Source of the DNA: an uncultured archaeon
GTDB lineage: Archaea; Asgardarchaeota; Lokiarchaeia; Sigyniarchaeales; SOKP01
DNA length: 19,427 nucleotides
Assembly (NCBI GenBank): GCA_964508365.1
Contig: CAZDTP010000064.1
Span: forward strand, 1-19,427
Direction: 5' to 3'
Shown here: positions 15,478 through 19,427 of the stretch, one piece after another
How the letters are laid out: each line of letters opens with the position of its first letter
Position numbering within the stretch: the first letter of the stretch is position 1
Position numbers and translations under genes: made by a program
The notes under the pieces: model-generated
Told to the model about the DNA's origin: nothing
What the model saw: the letters and a program-made list of their open reading frames with translations, nothing else
Databases searched by the model: none

Positions 15478-17712
15478 TTATAGATCTAATTTAGTGCTCC
15501 AAAATTTCATTTTTTGTTTTAAGTCGTCTTTCTCTGGTAGACTAAGTATATATGTTTTGCTCTTCAGTGTTGTGCTGGTGTTATGTAAGTTCTTTAAAAC
15601 GCTGTTGTAACCCTTTTCTTTAATATATTCGCTTTGAAACTTCTCGAGAGCTGAAGAAATTTCTAAACCCATTAAAGTGTCTATATTTTCGAAGATTAAA
15701 TTGAATTGTTTTGTTAATAAAGATTCTTCTCCAGCAGGTTTTTCGGTAGTTCCCGATTCTTGAGGGATCATGACTTTTGGGATTTGAACCGTGGGTTTTA
15801 ATCTTACTCTTTCTTTTTGTTCTTCTTTTTTGATTTCTATATCTGGTTGAGGTTTGGGTGTTGAAATCTCTTTTTCTATGCTAGATTTAATGGAATGCAT
15901 TACTTCTTTTCTCGAGCTCATCCAAGATTCTTCTAAGATGGGAACGAATATTTTAATGTGTTCTTCTATTATACTCCCGATCCCAGCAATTTCTGTGATC
16001 GTATCTCCTCGAATTTCTGCCTTGGATAAGACACACACTATTACTTCTTCGTAATCTCTATTAATTCCCCATAAGTTTTGCAATGCTCTATGTCGATAAT
16101 CCACATTGTCCATCTTATCGAATTGTTCAATTATAGCAGCATGTGCAGGGTTTGAGAAATCTATACTAGCTGCAATTCTGAAGTTTATTCTTTGAGGGCG
16201 TTCCATGATTGCTTTGATATTAATATCGCTAATTTGAGGTGCTACTAGTAAAACTCTCATTTTGGCTTTTGAAATTTCATCGTCTATATGTGCTTTTGCT
16301 GCTTCAGGCGATCTTATGAACCAGATATCTTTCATTGTCATTGATTTTCCAGTTTTTGCTTGTTGCCAGAATTCGTTGGTGACCTTTTCTGACCTTTCTA
16401 GTTTATGTAAAATGTCATCTAATGTGTTATCTAATGTAGCAACAATTTGATCGGAAAACACATTCTTTAACGTCCCTAAAGACTCAAAAGTAGTTCCTGA
16501 AATTCCCTCAATTTTTTCTTCCGCCATTGCTACGGCTTTATTAAAATTCTCAGTTATATCAGAGTATATCTTTTCCTTATCGTCTTGAGCTTTTGAACTC
16601 AGGCCATCGATATTTTTAAGAGTGCTTTTTAAAGACTCTTTTAATTTTGCAATTAGTTCTGAATCTACACCTTGAGCTGCTTTTTTCAATTCATCTGTAA
16701 AAGCCACTTGGCTTACGCTCAATTGGACATTTACGTTATCAGAAATATCTTTTATTTTTGCGTTCATTACTTTATCGATTACTTGGTCTACAGTTTGTTG
16801 GATTACTCCTAAGCGTAATTTTTGTAAGTTTTGAGAGACGGTTACCTTAATATTATCAAATTCGTCTTTCAAGTCGTTTATTTGTCCCTTAATGATTTGA
16901 GATGTTTTGATATTAATATTTTCAAATTGATTCTTAAGATCACCCATTTGATTACCCACAACGGATTCAGTATATCCTTCAAGGTTTGATATGTCATCAG
17001 TAATACCTCTAATTTGATCCATTACTGCCAGCGTGTCGTCAAACTCTTTCTTTTGTGAACGAATCTGAGTTAGCATATTATTTTTCAATTCGTTCATTAG
17101 TTCTGTAGGAACTGGTTTTTTCTGAACTTCAACTTTTCCTTTTTGGGATTCTAATTTTTCAAAAGATTTTTCTAACTGTGAAGGTATGCTCTTTTTAATA
17201 TCCGAGATGTATTTATGGAATTTTTGTAATTGGCTTACTAGCGCCGCATATGGAGGTAAAGCACTATAATGCGGTTGTGCTCCAATAATCTCCTTAAACA
17301 GTCCCTTCTGAACGAATTTATCTGCAATTGCTTTAGACTCTGCTTTGGGCTTTCCAGTTAGTATTGCGATTTCACCAATACTCACTGCTTCACGACCCGT
17401 AATTCGGAAATATAGTTCAATCTCGTCATCACTAAGATCGATCTCACTTAAAACTTGCCTCGTGAGTTCTTCTGAATAAGCTACTTCTTCCTTTACAAGG
17501 ATTTCTTCGATTTCGAAAGTTTCAACTTCCAAATATTGATTAAAATTAACTATTAATTTGTGCGCAGGGTCTCCGTGCGTCATTTGTTTGGTTATAGGAA
17601 ATCGGGTAGCTTCCTGATATTCTTTTTTAGTTATTTTGAAAGGAATCTCTTTTAAGCACAATTTACAGGTATATGGAATTTCAACTTCTTCCTTCTCTTT
17701 AAACAAATACAT
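15478..17712 (-). CDS. Multidomain TrmB-like protein: CxxC..H..H module + TrmB winged helix + ~300-aa helical/coiled-coil insert + TrmB effector-binding (PLD-like) domain + C-terminal helical domain
   Basis: Seen: C16/C19/H46/H51. aa 88-155 (LSDDEIELY..ITG...SIGEIA..TG.P......ADKFVQKGLF..I.G..P.YSALPP) match the TrmB HTH pattern. aa ~157-453 are continuously helical. aa ~462-602 (IWFIRS.EA....I.DEI..AK.RVLL..RD.EEV) match the TrmB C-terminal domain pattern. A Pro/charged linker and an ~80-aa helical C-terminus follow. Confidence 0.8.
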   Translation of the reverse strand: MYLFKEKEEVEIPYTCKLCLKEIPFKITKKEYQEATRFPITKQMTHGDPAHKLIVNFNQYLEVETFEIEEILVKEEVAYSEELTRQVLSEIDLSDDEIELYFRITGREAVSIGEIAILTGKPKAESKAIADKFVQKGLFKEIIGAQPHYSALPPYAALVSQLQKFHKYISDIKKSIPSQLEKSFEKLESQKGKVEVQKKPVPTELMNELKNNMLTQIRSQKKEFDDTLAVMDQIRGITDDISNLEGYTESVVGNQMGDLKNQFENINIKTSQIIKGQINDLKDEFDNIKVTVSQNLQKLRLGVIQQTVDQVIDKVMNAKIKDISDNVNVQLSVSQVAFTDELKKAAQGVDSELIAKLKESLKSTLKNIDGLSSKAQDDKEKIYSDITENFNKAVAMAEEKIEGISGTTFESLGTLKNVFSDQIVATLDNTLDDILHKLERSEKVTNEFWQQAKTGKSMTMKDIWFIRSPEAAKAHIDDEISKAKMRVLLVAPQISDINIKAIMERPQRINFRIAASIDFSNPAHAAIIEQFDKMDNVDYRHRALQNLWGINRDYEEVIVCVLSKAEIRGDTITEIAGIGSIIEEHIKIFVPILEESWMSSRKEVMHSIKSSIEKEISTPKPQPDIEIKKEEQKERVRLKPTVQIPKVMIPQESGTTEKPAGEESLLTKQFNLIFENIDTLMGLEISSALEKFQSEYIKEKGYNSVLKNLHNTSTTLKSKTYILSLPEKDDLKQKMKFWSTKLDL

Positions 17713-17745
17713 TCATTATTCATCTCTTTCAATACAATTTCAAAT

Positions 17746-19002
17746 TTAAAAAGTAACTTTTTCTGGAAATGAAACTTCTAATAAATTTAAAGCTTTTTTA
17801 GCGATTTCATAAGTTAATTTGCCTTCTTCATCTTCTTTTCTAAAAGCTTCTCTTATCTTGGGTAGTAAATATTCTGGAAAAATAGTTAAAGGCTTTATAT
17901 CCGTAAGTAAGCAAATCCAACTCCTTTTGTTTTGATCTTTAATTTCGGTAATAACATTCAATTTCTTTAAATTATCTAGTAGAATCTCCGTAACAGCGAA
18001 TTCTGAAAAAATCTTAGGGATTTTATCTAGTGGGTAATGGTTTGAACGCATTAGGATGAAGAAATCATATACATCTGGATTTAACAATATTGAAGCTAAT
18101 TCTTTTGTATTCTCTAAGGGTTCCTCGTAAGGATCGTAATCATTAAAGAAGTCTAAAGATTTTTGTTTAAACAACGGCAAAAGTTCGTTATTAGTCTCCT
18201 TAAAATGATTAAGAAGATTTTCATTTGGAACGCGTGCGAAATTGATATCTTTAACTAAAAACACATACTCGCCTTGATTAATTATAACTCCTGTTTTTTT
18301 ATCCTTCTCTCCTTTTATCCAATCACGTCTAACTAAATTGAGCTCTAAGAAGGGACGCAATAGAATATCTAAATTTGCAGAAGGCTTCAAATTCTCGATA
18401 GTCGTCTTTATTTCACTTTTTGCTAAAGGTCTTTCCCTTAGAACTTCCAAAATTTTAAGCCTTTCATCACTATGGTAGATTAATGCTACTTTTTGAAGCT
18501 TATCTAATTGGCTTAAACGTTCAATTTGAAAAATTGTATATTTTAATTCATTTTTTAGACGTACGTTAACATTAGATATTAAATCCAATTGTCTGGTATT
18601 TGAAGCCTTCGTCAATTTATCATAAATTGTGTCTAATCTTTTCGCCATATCTTTTATTAAATCTTCAAATAGCTCAATTTCGTCGTCTAGTTCAAACAAT
18701 GATATTGTAAGGTATTGAGTACCATCAGCTAATTGCTTGAAGTATGAAGAAACTTGGTAGGGTGTATCTTTCAAGTGACCCGTATAAAAATTACTAAATC
18801 CATATTTTGCAGAAAAAATTCCAACGGTATGCTGATAAAAATTAGCGAAAATATCATTTTCGATGATTAGCCCTGAAAAATTATTTTCATCGAACTTTTT
18901 ATTCGAAAACACCAGCTGAATAGGACTGAATTCGGGATTTATCTCGCCAGTAGTCTCATCTTGATTCAGTTTAAACTGAAATGTTAAAATTCCTTGAATC
19001 AT
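17746..19002 (-). CDS. Hypothetical protein: longin-like N-terminal domain + two internally repeated winged-helix-like domains
   Basis: The CDS is well supported (418 aa, ATG, AGAGG upstream). The domain call is inference: aa 1-165 show a beta-beta-alpha-beta-beta-beta-alpha-alpha pattern, and aa 171-264 and 301-380 align with each other and resemble ArsR/wHTH modules. Confidence 0.75.
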   Translation of the reverse strand: MIQGILTFQFKLNQDETTGEINPEFSPIQLVFSNKKFDENNFSGLIIENDIFANFYQHTVGIFSAKYGFSNFYTGHLKDTPYQVSSYFKQLADGTQYLTISLFELDDEIELFEDLIKDMAKRLDTIYDKLTKASNTRQLDLISNVNVRLKNELKYTIFQIERLSQLDKLQKVALIYHSDERLKILEVLRERPLAKSEIKTTIENLKPSANLDILLRPFLELNLVRRDWIKGEKDKKTGVIINQGEYVFLVKDINFARVPNENLLNHFKETNNELLPLFKQKSLDFFNDYDPYEEPLENTKELASILLNPDVYDFFILMRSNHYPLDKIPKIFSEFAVTEILLDNLKKLNVITEIKDQNKRSWICLLTDIKPLTIFPEYLLPKIREAFRKEDEEGKLTYEIAKKALNLLEVSFPEKVTF

Positions 19003-19012
19003 ATTAGTATAG

Positions 19013-19017
19013 CCTCT
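19013..19017 (-). promoter_or_regulatory. Shine-Dalgarno-like AGAGG upstream of the 19002 start
   Basis: Seen: the + strand reads CCTCT at 19013-19017, i.e. AGAGG ending 10 nt upstream of the ATG. Confidence 0.4.
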
Positions 19018-19030
19018 ATTATTATAATAG
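19016..19030. promoter_or_regulatory. Perfect 7-1-7 inverted repeat CTATTAT-T-ATAATAG (candidate operator)
   Basis: Seen directly, 14-28 nt upstream of the longin-like gene start. It is AT-rich, so it could be chance. Confidence 0.25.
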
Positions 19031-19427
19031 TTGAGTAATTAATTAAAATATGTATAATTATGTCTTAAGTAATTTATTCAAATAAATTTAATCAATAAAG
19101 GGAAAAAAAAGGATATTTTAAAATTTAGTTTCTATATTATCAACAATTATAAGCATAATTAGTCTTATTTATTCCGATTATAAAAAAAAATTATATTATG
19201 GAGATAAAATATAAGAGAACTTACCCGAATAATTCTTTATCTATTTTTTTCTTTCGAAATTGAATTGTAGACAAGGCTTGTTATCGTTTACTATGTCTTT
19301 ATTATTGATCGACTAAATAATTTAAATGGAGGGTATTACTAATAAACTATATTACGATCACTAATTTATTAAATTCTTTTTAAAGATGATATTTGAATAT
19401 GAGTTATAGGAGAGAAAGGGATAAGAA

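Noticed and set aside
10760-16450. Plus-strand ORFs 10760-10954, 14804-15004, 15854-16054 and 16262-16450
   Set aside because: Short antisense shadows of the URO-D-family, MBL and TrmB-like genes.
19198-19281. 21-codon ORF 19198-19263 and ACAAG-G-CTTGT palindrome 19271-19281
   Set aside because: The ORF is too short, spans a T-tract and has no RBS; the palindrome is only 5-1-5.
19399-19427. Possible 5' end of a + strand gene (MSYRRERDK...) running off the window
   Set aside because: Only nine complete codons are visible; it cannot be supported without downstream sequence.
1-19427. CRISPR array, tRNA/rRNA, IS elements, integrase or prophage genes
   Set aside because: No spaced direct repeats, cloverleaf or rRNA-like GC-rich segments, terminal inverted repeats, transposase or integrase motifs were seen; the only repeats are the coding ones listed.

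Overview
AT-rich (roughly 30% GC by eye, not computed) chromosomal window with 15 supportable CDSs. I found no rRNA, tRNA, CRISPR array or mobile element. The gene content and signals point to an archaeon, most likely an Asgard (Lokiarchaeia-like) genome (inference): a geranylgeranyl-reductase-family enzyme, HerA-like ATPase, M42/TET aminopeptidase, URO-D-family protein, TrmB-type regulator, longin-like protein, IPGF-type C-terminal sorting signal and oligo-T terminators without hairpins. The left two thirds is mostly metabolic or housekeeping: class I GAPDH with an unusual S-loop, a basic hypothetical protein, a SAM methyltransferase, a stand-alone DUF2156 protein, a compact HerA-like ATPase with a coiled-coil tail, an M42 peptidase, an OFA-type MFS transporter, a membrane-fused alpha/beta hydrolase and a URO-D-family protein. 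Two loci stand out. (1) A minus-strand gene pair at 15478-19002, separated by 33 bp, encodes a longin-like + tandem winged-helix protein and a TrmB-like protein. The latter carries an N-terminal CxxC..H..H module, a ~300-residue helical insert with 22-residue repeats, and an extra C-terminal helical domain. This pair is my best candidate for an undescribed signalling/regulatory system. (2) Two tandem paralogous secreted beta-sandwich glycoproteins (11785-12897) share a domain (~55% identity by hand alignment) but have different stalks and anchors. All domain assignments come from motif and pattern recognition by eye; no searches were run.
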